A stretch of 64,000 nucleotides of DNA, taken from the NCBI GenBank assembly GCA_030141605.1, contig JAQGDQ010001059.1:1-64000 (forward strand), written 5' to 3'. Shown piece after piece: positions 23,101 to 33,600 of the stretch. Source of the DNA: Tubiluchus corallicola (Eukaryota > Animalia > Priapulida). The position numbers and the translations under genes are program-made. The stretch's first letter is position 1; each line of letters starts with the position of its first letter. Under the pieces are notes generated by a model that was not told where the DNA came from, searched no databases, and saw nothing but the letters and a program-made list of their open reading frames with translations.

Positions 23101-25526
23101 ATGCCAGCGATCTCCGCAACACCCTGCAGGAAACTTTGGACAAATTTTCGCGTGTTGGCTTATTAATATTAGCTGAGAATGAAAACTGAAGTTTTTTTCA
23201 TGTTCCAGTAGCAAACTTGTGGCACCCGGGGGGGAAAATCTTCTGGCACCCCACCCTTTTAATGTTTTGATTATTTGTTTCATGGGTGAAGCCACAATGT
23301 GCACGCTCTTTGCCCCACTTTCCTTTTTGACATGATACAATAAAATAAATGAATTTATTTCATCGATAAATAAATAAATAAATAAAACGATAAATAAATA
23401 AATGAAATAAATAAAAGAATCACCCTGAGTTTGACTTGCAGTACTGCACTAAAGTAACTCTTTTCTTTGCTTTAGTTGCTCGTAACGCGACAACCGTTAA
23501 ACATTCAGCTCCAGCGTTTAAACATGCAAAAATTATGAAAGATACAGAACACTGCAGGTTTTCACAATAATACAATCTGTATCTTCCAAAATTATCGATT
23601 AGAGTAACTCTTTTTTATGCATTAGTTACTCATAACATGACAACCGTTAAACATTCAGCTCCAGCATTAAAACATGGAAATATTATGAAAGATACAGAAC
23701 ACTGCAGGTTTTCACAATAATACAAGCTTATCGATCAGCTAAGCCACGTGACACCCTATGCATGCATTAAGTAACAAAATTAGCCTTTTTTCTTTGCTGT
23801 ACATAGTAATTAAATCGGCTACAATGATCTCTGCCTGGGCAGTTTTGTTGTAGTTTGAAAACTGTTGTGGAGATTACTGACGTCAAGTAGAACTGCATAG
23901 AACATCGTAGAATGTTCCGTCGGAATGACCGCCTTACCGTCTGGATTGTTCTCGAACATTTGTTCAAGAAGTTTCTCCAGCGCGCTATATAAGGCGAAGC
24001 GGCTGCCGACACAGGACGGCACATCGCACACAGATCTAACACGGACTTGTACTTATTCTTGTATACTTACTTAAACATTTTCCAGACTTTCACGTTTAGT
24101 ATAATCATTTCTCGTTCCTTTATACTTGTTTTGTAAGAATTCTCGCTCAATAAAGTAATAACATTTAACGGCGTGTTTTCTGGTTTTCTCTACGAGCCTT
24201 CCGAGAGAAACAAAACACAACAGAAACTTTTGTTAATTGCTAATGTCGGATTAGTAATTAACAATTAACAGTCATTAAACTCTTAGAAGAATTTTCGCGG
24301 CCTCTCACTCTTGCGCCTCGGGAAGATTGCCCCTTTGTTACGCCTCTGATACGAGCTGCTTGCTTTTGTGCTTATCCAGAATGTGTGGATGTTGTTTTAC
24401 CTCTTTTCAGCTTGGCTTCATTTCAACTCGGTTGTGTGATACATGTTATTTGACATTTGTTGATAAGTTTGGATGATGATCTAATCTTTTGCAAATACTG
24501 GAATGTATCATGATAACTGAGTGAAAATTTCTTCGTTCACCTCTTTACTGTTGAATGCTGTTCTAGTGCTGCCAGCTTTGTACTAATCTGTTAATTATTA
24601 CAGTCTAGCCTCGTTATCTAGCCCGTCGTTATGCTGCCAAACTCGCCTCTCGCCATAGAAAGTACCAGGACGGATTTCCTGCTTTGATATTTACCTCGTT
24701 AAGTCGCCACGTCATGCTAGGATGAGTGCTTATGTAAACTACATTCGTTATGTCGCCAAACAGACAAACTCAGAGGTGAATCGATCAATACATATACCGC
24801 GTGTCGATTAATATAACCGCGGTATGTAGACAATGCTGCTGTACTCGATAGACAGACATAATTAATCTAGTGTGTGTCTCTAGAGGGTTAGATTAGGAGT
24901 GCTGTGGTTGGTTAATGCGCAGAGAAACTAAAGTGTCACGTTTATTGCATTTAAGTGTATACTCGAAAAAGGTTTTTTAAATAAAAAAGTAACATTCTAA
25001 GATTATTTTTACATTTTTTCATTTCTGATTTAATGTTGATTGGTATCATAATGCGAAATATATTTTATATGTACATAGAGGAACACTATGTTAATCAACT
25101 ATTATGTATATACATATAGACTAACTTCGTTATATTCCCGTTATCTCGCCATACTCGCCTCTCGCCAAAAATTTGCCCTAGACGGACAGTGGCGAGATAA
25201 CGAGACTAGACTGTATTAATGATGTGTACAAGTGCTAACCTATTTACAAAAGTATTACATAAATTGACTATATGTACATTTTCAGGCAAAGATGGTGGCT
25301 ATTTTGTCAGTGTTCTACCGTCATTTGTAGCGGTTTGCTGCCGTTTATGAATTAGTTTAAAACTTTGCTAACAGATGTCACTAATTTTCACTGTAGGGTG
25401 TGCGTTGGAATAAAATCTGAACCGGGTGACGACGAATGGTTCTGCGAGAAGTGCCGACCGTCGCACAAACCCAGCACTGGAAGGCCCAGGGGCAGGGGGC
25501 GTGGTCGTCGTAAGAAAAAGGTGTAA
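3410..25526 (+). CDS. TAF3: Transcription initiation factor TFIID subunit 3 (10 coding exons, 1023 aa)
   Basis: Manual splicing with GT-AG introns and consistent phases: 3410-3572, 6416-6507, 8468-8618, 9876-10026, 11975-13523, 14313-14432, 15603-15694, 17461-17983, 22050-22150, 25397-25526 (3072 nt = 1024 codons). The N-terminal histone-fold/BTP region (MEDYCRAVLKVVVAQICQNLGW...FGRTDPVLDDVGLAF) and C-terminal PHD finger (IWICPACKMQDDGSPMIGCDRCDDWYHWVCVGI...WFCEKC) match TAF3 as I recall it. Confidence 0.95.
3598..4081. mobile_element. hAT-type MITE family A (TIR CAGGGGTGTGCAAA)
   Basis: TIRs plus 8-bp TSD ACTTAAAG/ATTTAAAG; five copies in the window. Confidence 0.9.
4084..4600. mobile_element. 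TTAA-flanked non-autonomous DNA element (Kolobok/Crypton-like), boundaries approximate
   Basis: Starts TTAAAGCAAAACAGGA; homologous segments at about 8765-9740, 14083-14185 and (inverted) 48790-49225. Confidence 0.55.
4845..5303. mobile_element. Tc1/pogo (Tigger-like) MITE
   Basis: TA|CAGTGTTCCCTC...AGGGAACACT termini; longer inverted copy at 57775-58476. Confidence 0.82.
5580..5776 (-). pseudogene. Inverted partial duplicate of the TAF3 exon 5 3' end, donor site and adjacent mini-MITE
   Basis: The reverse complement aligns to about 13421-13613 (SPTGMVKQEEVPREDSRSESGGREN versus SPTGMVKHEEAPREDSRSESEGREN). Confidence 0.9.
5855..6352 (-). mobile_element. Bipartite non-autonomous RTE-clade retrotransposon (5' UTR fused to ORF C-terminus/3' end)
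   Basis: 18-bp TSD AATATTTTAAYAAAGATT (5837-5854 / 6353-6370); (GAA)n tail; decayed RTE C-terminal peptide (ALIYGLE...EMRMLR*MVGITRRDKIRN); RTE-type 5' UTR motif GGAAGGGCATCYG..TAAAA. Confidence 0.85.
6273..6353 (-). ncRNA. Twister ribozyme core (type P1) at the 5' end of an RTE-derived element
   Basis: Minus strand reads U^AA CCUA ACC ACUG-(P3)-CAGU GCCGGUCCCAAGCCCGG AUAAA UAGG GAGGG. This has the conserved twister core, P2 CCUA/UAGG, T2 ACC/GGU and a P3 hairpin. Confidence 0.85.
6416..6507 (+). CDS. TAF3: TAF3 coding exon 2
   Basis: TGCAG acceptor, GTGAG donor; encodes GRTDPVLDDVGLAFRDLGISVSELEDYVRE. Confidence 0.93.
6561..7110. mobile_element. TTAA-flanked non-autonomous DNA element, right boundary approximate
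   Basis: Starts TTAAAGCACAAG; an inverted homologous copy lies at about 44510-45054. Confidence 0.65.
7831..8441. mobile_element. Tc1/pogo-type MITE family B (TIR CAGYCTAGYCTCGTTATCTCGCC, TA TSD)
   Basis: TIRs and TA flanks; inverted copies at 18095-18711 and 24601-25213. Confidence 0.9.
8468..8618 (+). CDS. TAF3: TAF3 coding exon 3
   Basis: TTTGTAG acceptor, GTGAGT donor; encodes VEPIPFAQKARAFPVPKPNNLHFP...HIPRYLP. Confidence 0.92.
8861..9330. mobile_element. MITE family C (TIR CAGGGATGAGAAT), nested in an older element
   Basis: TIRs; flanked by AAGCTT on both sides; a paralogous empty site lies at about 14171-14190. Confidence 0.88.
9876..10026 (+). CDS. TAF3: TAF3 coding exon 4
   Basis: TCTAG acceptor after a pyrimidine tract, GTATCC donor; phases 1 and 2 fit the neighbouring exons. 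Confidence 0.82.
10166..10629 (+). mobile_element. tRNA-derived SINE (Meta/MESC-like core) with a long (ATT)n tail
   Basis: A box TAGTCTAGTGG, B box GTTCGAACC, core GGGTCATAGCAAAGACTTTAAAAATGGTAC, then AATAAAG and (ATT)n. Confidence 0.85.
11204..11536 (-). mobile_element. tRNA-derived SINE, inverted copy of the same family
   Basis: Reverse complement of 10166-10420, with an (AAT)n tract on the plus strand. Confidence 0.85.
11975..13523 (+). CDS. TAF3: TAF3 coding exon 5 (large Lys/Glu/Pro-rich disordered exon)
   Basis: Lies within ORF 11817-13631; TTTTAG acceptor and CAG|GTAAGA donor. Confidence 0.9.
13529..14052. repeat. About 108-bp tandem array (5 units), each containing a 66-bp hAT-type mini-MITE
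   Basis: Units start at about 13529, 13636, 13744, 13851 and 13962; the inner element CAGGGGCATTGCTAGG...CCTAGCGATGCCACTG is flanked by the 8-bp TSD ACAGAACC. Confidence 0.92.
14313..14432 (+). CDS. TAF3: TAF3 coding exon 6 (EK-rich)
   Basis: 120 nt, phase 0/0; EKKEKDKEQLRKEKKERKKEKE..., similar to the KE-rich tract of TAF3. Confidence 0.87.
14545..14680. repeat. Degenerate (GTTT/GTCT)n microsatellite
   Basis: Direct reading. Confidence 0.85.
14836..15230. mobile_element. hAT transposase fragment (ZMYM1/DUF4371-like) with a local inverted duplication
   Basis: Plus strand encodes HYLGKRIQNKVINLI...YYSIILDCTPDAGH; about 15112-15228 is the reverse complement of about 14855-14970. Confidence 0.75.
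15603..15694 (+). CDS. TAF3: TAF3 coding exon 7
   Basis: TACAG acceptor, GTGAGT donor; encodes MPKLKIKFGGGG. Confidence 0.85.
16334..16816. mobile_element. hAT-type MITE family A (inverted relative to the 3598 copy)
   Basis: Near-identical reverse complement of 3598-4081. Confidence 0.9.
17461..17983 (+). CDS. TAF3: TAF3 coding exon 8 (Pro/Ser-rich, RG-rich)
   Basis: TTTCAG acceptor; within ORF 17426-17989; ends AVISETEGTIV just before the PHD exon. Confidence 0.87.
18095..18711. mobile_element. Tc1/pogo-type MITE family B
   Basis: TA-flanked TIRs; reverse complement of 7831-8441. Confidence 0.9.
19907..20306 (+). mobile_element. Solo LTR (TGTTG...CAACA)
   Basis: TG..CA termini, TATATAAG, AATAAA, internal (AG)n, near-perfect 5-bp TSD GTTCT/GTTAT. 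Confidence 0.8.
20474..20880. mobile_element. hAT-type MITE family D (TIR TAGGGGTGAGCAT, TTCGAA-rich subtermini)
   Basis: TIRs; copies at 26208-26567 and a diverged inverted copy at about 28830-29295. Confidence 0.8.
21442..21993. mobile_element. MITE family C
   Basis: TIRs; flanks ATGTACAA/ACGTACAA. Confidence 0.88.
22050..22150 (+). CDS. TAF3: TAF3 coding exon 9 (PHD finger, first half)
   Basis: Encodes DDHGQKIWICPACKMQDDGSPMIGCDRCDDWYH; GTATGT donor. Confidence 0.94.
22180..22694 (-). mobile_element. Non-autonomous Helitron
   Basis: Minus strand begins TC and ends CTAG between A and T, with a subterminal hairpin CGCAAAATTTTTTGCG; a related 5' end lies at about 28400-28639. Confidence 0.7.
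22757..23121 (-). mobile_element. Solo LTR, inverted copy of the same family
   Basis: Reverse complement of 19907-20306. Confidence 0.8.
23863..24222 (+). mobile_element. Solo LTR, related subfamily
   Basis: TGTTG...CAACA termini; TSD AAAAC/GAAAC. Confidence 0.78.
24601..25213. mobile_element. Tc1/pogo-type MITE family B
   Basis: TA-flanked TIRs; same orientation as the 18095 copy. Confidence 0.9.
25397..25526 (+). CDS. TAF3: TAF3 coding exon 10 (PHD finger second half, stop)
   Basis: CTGTAG acceptor; encodes VCVGIKSEPGDDEWFCEKC...GRPRGRGRGRRKKKV followed by TAA. Confidence 0.93.
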
Positions 25527-25542
25527 GACTGCGTACAAGCTT

Positions 25543-26077
25543 CAGGGATGAGAATTTTCCGCGGATACGCGGAATTCCGGGTTTTTGGAAGACCAGTAGT
25601 GCCATTTTTGTAAATCGCGTAAATTCGTTGAGAAAATTTTTACCGGCCCAGTACATTATTTCACAAGCTGACCGCTAGGTGGCAGGCCGTCACTTTGTTT
25701 ACATCACGTACATCAGTGTAACCACGTGTATATCTCTATGTATAAAAATATAGAATCAATTGTGCGGAGTTATTTGAGTCAATTGCAGACAGTTTTTATA
25801 TACTTTTGCATAGGAGCAGCCAGTACTTAGGCGTTTTTGAGAAAATTAGGTATCATGTATCCTTGATAGTTGGGTATTTTAAATTATGCATGAAACAAGG
25901 TAATTGATATTTTAAGTCCACTTAGAGGCTTTTTGTGGTCACAAAATTGCTATTTGTTGCTTCGCCCCCTTGAACCCTCATGGGGACTTTGCCCCTCAAC
26001 CCCATTAGGGTGCCTAGGCGGCCCCAAAACCCCCAGCCTGTTTCAGAGTTTTTTGCGATTTGTCATTCTCATCCCTG
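25543..26077. mobile_element. MITE family C in the TAF3 3' UTR
   Basis: TIRs; starts 16 nt after the TAF3 stop codon. Confidence 0.88.
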
Positions 26078-26207
26078 CAAGCTGTACTTGTGTTGCATCG
26101 TTGTTTGAGATTATAGTAATTGTGTACTGTGAGGGTAAAGCATTGTACTTGTCTACAGATTAATGTAAATACAGCAGCTAACTGTAACTGTACTCCAGTA
26201 CCTCCGT

Positions 26208-26567
26208 TAGGGGTGAGCATCGAACGCTCGAATTCCATTCGAACGAGTTTTTTTAGTTCGAACTCGATTCGAATCCAAAACTATAGATTCGAATAATTCA
26301 GCACTTCAATCACATATGTTCCTGATCATTAAAACGATTGAAACATCATGCAATTAGCATAATTTAGTTTTTATTTCTGCGCACAACTTTAAGCAAATTA
26401 CTAGTCATTTTATTGCAGAACAAAATCTAGTGATATGCATGATCTTTGTAAGATTAATTTTTACTGGTGGTTCGAAAACTTGTTCGAGAATCTTTCAATC
26501 TCAAGTCGAATTCGAACCAATTCGGTTCGATTCGAATTCGCTTTCTGGTAGAGAATGCTCACCCCTA
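26208..26567. mobile_element. hAT-type MITE family D
   Basis: TAGGGGTGAGCAT...ATGCTCACCCCTA with TSD ACCTCCGT on both sides. Confidence 0.88.
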
Positions 26568-26784
26568 ACCTCCGTGTTTCCATTTTATGTAAATACACTG
26601 ACAGAATTTGTTGTAAATACTCGTAATAAATATTTATTGATTATAGAATATTATTGTTTCAGTTCTTTAGCATTTATCTTGTACCAACGGATGCTGTGCC
26701 CTTAGACATGCTGTTTTTTCATTGCAAAATAGCACAGGACCATACTATGTGTTTAGCAACTAAAGCTGTGCTAGACCAGTTTAA

Positions 26785-27235
26785 CCCTTTCATACCCGTT
26801 GTATCCCGTGGGATACGAGAATATTTTCTGCCTTTAAAATTAATAAAATTTTAAAACTGACAGTTATTTGATCTGTTAATAGTTATTTTGATTTAAACCA
26901 ATAACAATAGACCAAAAATGGTGATAAAATGGCAAACTAGAAAATCTACATAGCATAAAAACTGTGCAAGGTACAGTACTTTAGAGACGACTTTGTACAG
27001 ATCAGCATAGCATGCATACTAAATGTCTTAAATACTTTAAAAAATTATCAGCAGTTGCAAAATGAAGCACATTTTATGCTTCCATTGAATCCCAATGTAT
27101 CCTGTGGGATACAGGCTATATTTAGCACGCGGGCAAAGGCAGAAAAAAATTATTATGTGTAAACAAGATGGACATACTGAACAACCAAGCCAAAAAATTT
27201 TTTCTTATTAAACAAATAATTTGGGACTGAAAGGG
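26785..27235. mobile_element. piggyBac-type MITE
   Basis: TTAA|CCCTTTCA...TGAAAGGG|TTAA. Confidence 0.82.
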
Positions 27236-27929
27236 TTAACAAATGGATGGCTGATCGCCGAACGATCGATTCTGAGCGCTTTAATCTTTCACGCCGTTGC
27301 TAGATTTCAAAAAGCACGAACGCCATCTTTGCTAACCGATGAAAACTGCTTAACACCAACAAAAAAAAGTCAAACATTAATAAACTGTATGTTGTTTTAT
27401 ATTTGGAAAATTAAAGACTTCCATGGTGTATGCTGCAAAATGTGTCTATACAATGTCTGCGACCGAGTAGTCTGTGAAAAACTAGTACAATATTGATACA
27501 ACTTCGTGCAATAACTATACTATGACTATGCAAAAAAAATGGTGGCTCAGTGACTATAGCATACAGTAAACATATAAAGAACCAATGTTTAGCCACAAGT
27601 AGGACAATGTTTACAAGTACGGACTGTTTAACCTATCTACAAGATGTGTGACTGACTACTGATGTTTATTTTTAATGGCATGTTTAAGTTTATGACACAA
27701 AACACAACACCACATAATTTAACATGAACATTTGGGTTAGAAAAGTTTCGCAATGCGGAAAATTTCGCTGCTACCTTAACGCGTTTCAAACGCCATTTAA
27801 ACTCAAGTTAAAATGTATACAACCAAATTCTTTTGACTGCGGTAACAAAGTCGCAAAGTTTCCACTTCATTGCAACATTTGTTTATCTTACACTTTGCGT
27901 ACAAAAGAAACCCTTTTTGGCAGTGTAAT

Positions 27930-28709
27930 TAGGGTTGCCACCTTGACGCGAACCAAAATCGGGAGTCAGGATCCAGTAAGTGGCTGAATCGACACATTTC
28001 TTCTATTTTAAAGGTTTTATAAGACCTTTTTCAGAATCAAAACTCAAGAAACTTTAATCACAAAGTAGCAGGAATTTCTTGATGTTAGACTCTAGTCTCG
28101 AAAGTTTTAAACTTCGCAAAAAAAAGTGCAAACTGTGTACATCGAGTTCAAATCTTTTTAATGCTTCTGGAAATCATTTTATGATTATTAAGCAATTTAT
28201 GCTGTCAATTAAAGTTAATTCTGTAAGTTTGGTTTTATCTTAGCGAAACCGCTGTTTACAGCCTAACTTTATGCAAACTTTCAATAAACTGAAAGTTCTA
28301 TTTCCGTTTTATTCCACTTAAATTTCAATGTGATGCTCGAAATCAGCAGATTTCACAATTCTTCAAACATGCCTACTACAACCACCGCTGAACGGGCTAT
28401 CAATCCATGGCCAGCACCGCCCTCGGCCGGTTCCCGTTCTCCAGATCTCAGGCGTATAACCTTTGCAAAAAATGGCCATTTTTGGAGGAATTTCGCCCCT
28501 CTTTCCTCGCAGTGGGCCTGATTCGAAAAATAAACCCCCAATAGCACGACACTAGATCGAGACCTGTAGCCTCGAATCTTATATATATATATATATATAT
28601 ACACATATTAAGCCCATACCAGTAGAATTAATATATAGATCCTACCAAACTACAGACCTGTGGCTGAATTTCAGGAGACTGGGCCAAATCAGGAGTGGTG
28701 GCAACCCTA
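27930..28709. mobile_element. hAT-type MITE with a nested Helitron fragment
   Basis: TIR TAGGGTTGCCACC/GGTGGCAACCCTA; TSD AGTGTAAT/AGAGTAAT. Confidence 0.82.
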
Positions 28710-29328
28710 AGAGTAATACTTCGTACACAATTTGATTCAACAAGCGGAAAACTCAATCGTGGAGTAAACAGCAAGGTGGTCAAAAACCACTTTTTAACCC
28801 GTTCTTTATCTCAACTGCTTTAAGAACGGTCATTATCAATGTCTAACAGACGCTATGCTGACCGGTTCGCCAAGTTAACGGTACGTACACTTTTGCACTG
28901 TACGAGTTACGTGAACGAAATAGACCATCGATTCGGGGGCGAACGGTCTCTAACAAAAAAACTTTTGACTTTCAAACTCGAATCGAACCGAATTTCAAGA
29001 TTTCCAATCGAATTCAACATTTCTGAATAAGTTTTTGAATCTTTAATAAAAACCCGGTCTTGCAAAGTTACTCATTCTTGTTCATCGGTAAAACCGCTAA
29101 TAATCCGATTACAAACGCCGCGCAGAAATCGCAACTAAAATGTGCCGACTGCAAAAGCTGTTTGAAATGTTTAAATGATAAGGAACGCGTGTAATTGAAG
29201 CGCTGAATTATTCGAAACCATAATTTTGGATTCGAATCGAACGCGAGTAAAAAAACCCATTTGAATCGAATTCGAACTTTTGATGGTTTCCCCTACCATT
29301 GCTACAACCATACATCTTTTCTATAGAT

Positions 29329-29790
29329 CAGGGGTGTGCAAATTATCTGACTAGCCGGGCCACATTAAACTTTCCCGCAATTCCTGCAGGCCACTGACAG
29401 TTTGGTCAAGGAGCCAAGTACAGAAAGGCCTAATAACGGTTTTTTTTTGCATCCGACCTGAGTACATCATTACTACTACACTCAAGAAACTATTTTAGAA
29501 GTTATTAAAATTTATATTACAAACCACATATTTCTACTTTCAGGACAGATAGTGGTAATTTCATTACAATGCATATTAGTAATGTGTATCACACAGTCTG
29601 TGTAGTACAGTGACATTAAGTTACAACCATCTTGTAAGGGTTAATGGCATCCGATCTAGTAGAAAAAACTACCCGCACTATCTTTGGGATCGTGGCACGG
29701 ACTTCAGCTGGATACACTCAATTAATCGCCCGGGCCGCACTTTCATTAGGTTGACAAATCTCTTTGCGGGCCGCAATTTGCACACCCCTG
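29329..29790. mobile_element. hAT-type MITE family A
   Basis: TIRs; TSD CTATAGAT/CTATAGAG. Confidence 0.9.
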
Positions 29791-30616
29791 CTATAGAGCT
29801 TGAGGCACACACACAAACATGAACAAATCTTGTATTACAAGCATCTCTGAGAGTTTACCAAGCACGATGTTGCTAACAAGTGTTAATGACATCTAATAAA
29901 ACAATAACCACTACATTGTCAGCGACTACTAAACTTATCACTGCATCTATTTCTGACGGAATAGTTTTGATTACAATAATTTAATGCATTAAAAAGCGAA
30001 ATAATGATTAGGCTCAACAAAGGCTAAAAGTTGCCCAAAGAAAAAATCATTATACGCATTCTAAAATTGTAACAAAATTTATGTCTAGTTCAAAAAAACA
30101 AGAAACGTGAACCACTCGATGCTTAGGGTTAACAAATGCCGTCCAAAATGATCAAGTGAGGGTTACAGAAGGACAGACAAGCAATTACAGTGCTACAAAC
30201 TAGAAGATTTCACCAAAAACTATACTGACATATGTATATATAGCAATAACGATAACTAAATATGGGGTACAGATAAACGACTTTAACATCATGATTTCGG
30301 AAACATTCTACATAAAATCCAATGACATAATCAATTACCCATTGCGTTTTCATTAAAATAATATATAGGCTTACAACTACTTATGTACAATTCTACAAAC
30401 ATAAGACGTTCGCAGCGGAGAATGCAAGGAGGCCATTTTGAGACAGTGAATGTAATTTTCGGGGGGGGGGGGGTGATACACGTGTAATTCGTGTTTTGTT
30501 TGGAAATAGCGCGCCGAGTTTGCCAGTACCGGATCCGTAACGTTGGAGTTTCAGACACTGATAACAACCTACAAGGTCTTGTGAAATTTACAAATTCTTA
30601 GAAACTGTAATAAATA

Positions 30617-33600
30617 CTACCTCTTGCCTCTACCAAACTCCGCTCCGATCATCTCCCAAATGTTAGCTCTGCCGGAATCGTCTTCGTCCGATTGCTTCTG
30701 GGGACTACTCGTCTCCCTTGAACTTTTGCTCTGCGCTTTGCTGCTTTCGGGGTCAGTTATTTCTGAAGCTTTGCCTGACACCCCCGAGGAATCCGTGTCC
30801 ACCGGAGCTTCTGCTTCGCGTGTGTCAATCGCTTTACATTCAACGGTATTATCGCTAGCTAAGGGTTTTTCCACAGCTGTCTCGCCTTCCATCTTTATTG
30901 GAGACGTGGTCGGTGTGGTACCGCTCATTTCTTTCTGCAGAACGTCCGGAGACGAACGCCGGAAATTGAAGGAAACTTCCTCGTCGACGTCTTGTATGAG
31001 GTCCTCTCCCGATTCGCTCAATGCGGGCATGCTTCCGCTACTGCTGTCACTGTCGCTGACGTGGGTGATGATGCGAAACGTTCCCGTATCTTCTGCAACA
31101 TCTCCCTCTTCGGTGGGTTTCGAGTCGTTTTCTGTTCTGCGCGAATCAGCAAAAGTTGCAGGCGAAATAGATGGTTCTGGCTTCTCGGTGCTTTGGGTGC
31201 CGCTGCTACGTCGATGCCTCAAGGTGAAATCGAGAACAAAGCTATCGTATTCCTCTTCCCGAGGACGTGCGTCTTCATCACCGACATCAAAATCAACGAT
31301 CACATTATGAGATATGAGACTTTTTGGACGCGGTCTGTTTGGAGCAGGCAGTCCTGGCATTTTTGGCTTCTTTTTGCGGCCAGAGTAAGAAACTTTTGGC
31401 GTCTCTTTCATACTTGGGAGCTCATAATCACCGAGTTCAATCTCTTTTTTGGGACGACCCCGCTTCACGCTTGGAGGAGACACATAATCGTCGAGACTAA
31501 TCTCTTTTTTTGGACGACCTCGCTTCCGAATAACTTCTCCAGCCTGCTTTTTCTTACGTGGAGAATAAGAGATCTTTACCTTCTCTTTTAGTCCCGTTTC
31601 CAGGGGGATATGCTGCGGTACGAATTTCTTGGACAGAGTTTTCAGTTTCAATGGAAGTGGTTCTTGGGGAGCTTCCTCCTCCAGAGCTTCCTGAATGAGT
31701 GACTCACGGAATTTTGAAGGAGAGCTGATCCGCTCACCTTGCTCTTCCACACGTAACTTCCGAACAACCTTCTTGCGCCTTCCATTAGGCATGGGCTTTG
31801 ACTGCGGCTCAGTTGCTTCTTCTGTCTCGGATTTCGGTGGTGATTTAAACGCCTCTCCTTCGCCCCGATCAGTAACTCTCTTTAACTGAGCCAGGTATTC
31901 GACTGTCTTAGCTTGTTTCTTTACTGATGTCTTGGTTTTGTATGACGTTATTTTGGCACTTCCAACATTCTCTTGTTTGACTTTCATTGCTGCATCTTTG
32001 GAAGGCTTATTTGGAGAAGGTGTTCTCGGCCTAGTTGCTACTGCCTCTTGAAATCTAACTTTCTTGTCACTAGAAGGTGCTGATTCACTTGATAAGCCTG
32101 GAGATTTTTTAAGAATGCCTCCAACAGGTTTATAAGAAAGTACAGTTCTTTCTCGAAGCTTGGGTTTTTCATAATCATACCCAATTCCCGTGGCCGAATA
32201 GCTCCTTTTATGTATTTCTGGCAGATCTTCCTGAAGAACTTCCTCTGGTAAGCTAAGACGTTTTCTTGGAATATCCTCATCACTCATTCTCTGTGCTGCT
32301 TCTGATTTTATATGTTGCACCGTAGCTTCAGCAGTTCGCTTTTTGCCGCGATTCTTGATTACTGTGGTAGTTTTCTTATCTTCTACTTTAATCTTTTGTC
32401 TTTTGGTTTCTTTTCTCGCTCCCTCCTTGTTCACGTCCGCACTTTCACCTGAAACGCCAGCGTTGTCAACATTTTTCGATGTCCTCCTTTTCTTTGGTGG
32501 TAGTTTTTCGTCACCATCCTTACCTGTCACGTTCGACATTTTAGACGGTCTTTTAGTGGCTGAATTTTCTAAGAGTATAACTTCCTTTCTTCTTTGCCTT
32601 TCTGGAGACGTTATCATAGCTTTTTGCCAACCAGTGGGACGTCGTTTTCCTGGCGTCCCGACTGTTATAAACTGCTCTGTGTGTTCGGGAAGCTCAGTGG
32701 GACTTGGACTATCACCACCAACCCGGCCAAACTTTGCCGGGTCTTTTGGCAACATCAGCTTCAAGCTGCTAGACGCATGAGCAGGCACTGCCTTTGTCTT
32801 AGAGTCTGACATGTATGCAAGACCACCAAGACCAATCTGCTTCGCTTTTGCTTCTGGTATTACTATGAGATTTTGTTGGGAGGTACCAGTCGCAGAAGAC
32901 TCTTCCTGACTCGGACGATCCTTTTCTTTGCTCTTAAATATCTTGTAACGACCACCTGACTGCATTGGCGTGTATCTCATCATCATTCCTTTCATACGCT
33001 GCATTGTGTAGCGAACAGGGGACCCGGTCTCCTCATCAGTTGAAACCTCGTGTAGTACGGCAGCTGCCCCTTGCTCTGTGTCACTTTTTTGCGCACCTTC
33101 ATTTGTTTGAGGTTGCACTTCTGCATCAGTCTCTTTGCCAGATGTATCCGATTCCCCGGAAATCGTTCTAGCAGTAGCTGCCGGTGCCGGTTTCACTGCA
33201 GCTGCTGTGTCACCAGGTACAAGTTTCAGCATACCTGTTTTCGGATCACCTTGTAGAACAATTGCCTTGCTTTTCAGTTTCATGTAATCATCTTTTGACA
33301 GTTTCAGGACAAATGGTTGCTTCCCACCTTGGGGCTTGCTGGATGGAACGCTCTTTCCTAGCAAACGCTCAACAGGTGTCTGAACAGGAGCCTTCTTCTC
33401 TTCCTCAGAACCTTGGGAAGCCCATATAGGTTTCCTACGAACAGTCTGACCTGATCCAGGAAAAATATCCTTTATTTTCGCCGAAGATGCTTCAGCAGGA
33501 GCGCCTTCCTCCTGTATTGCTGTTGCTGTAGCAACACTATCGGCTGTCACAGAAACATCTTCAGAACTAGTTGCTTTGGCCATGGCACTGAGAACAGCCT

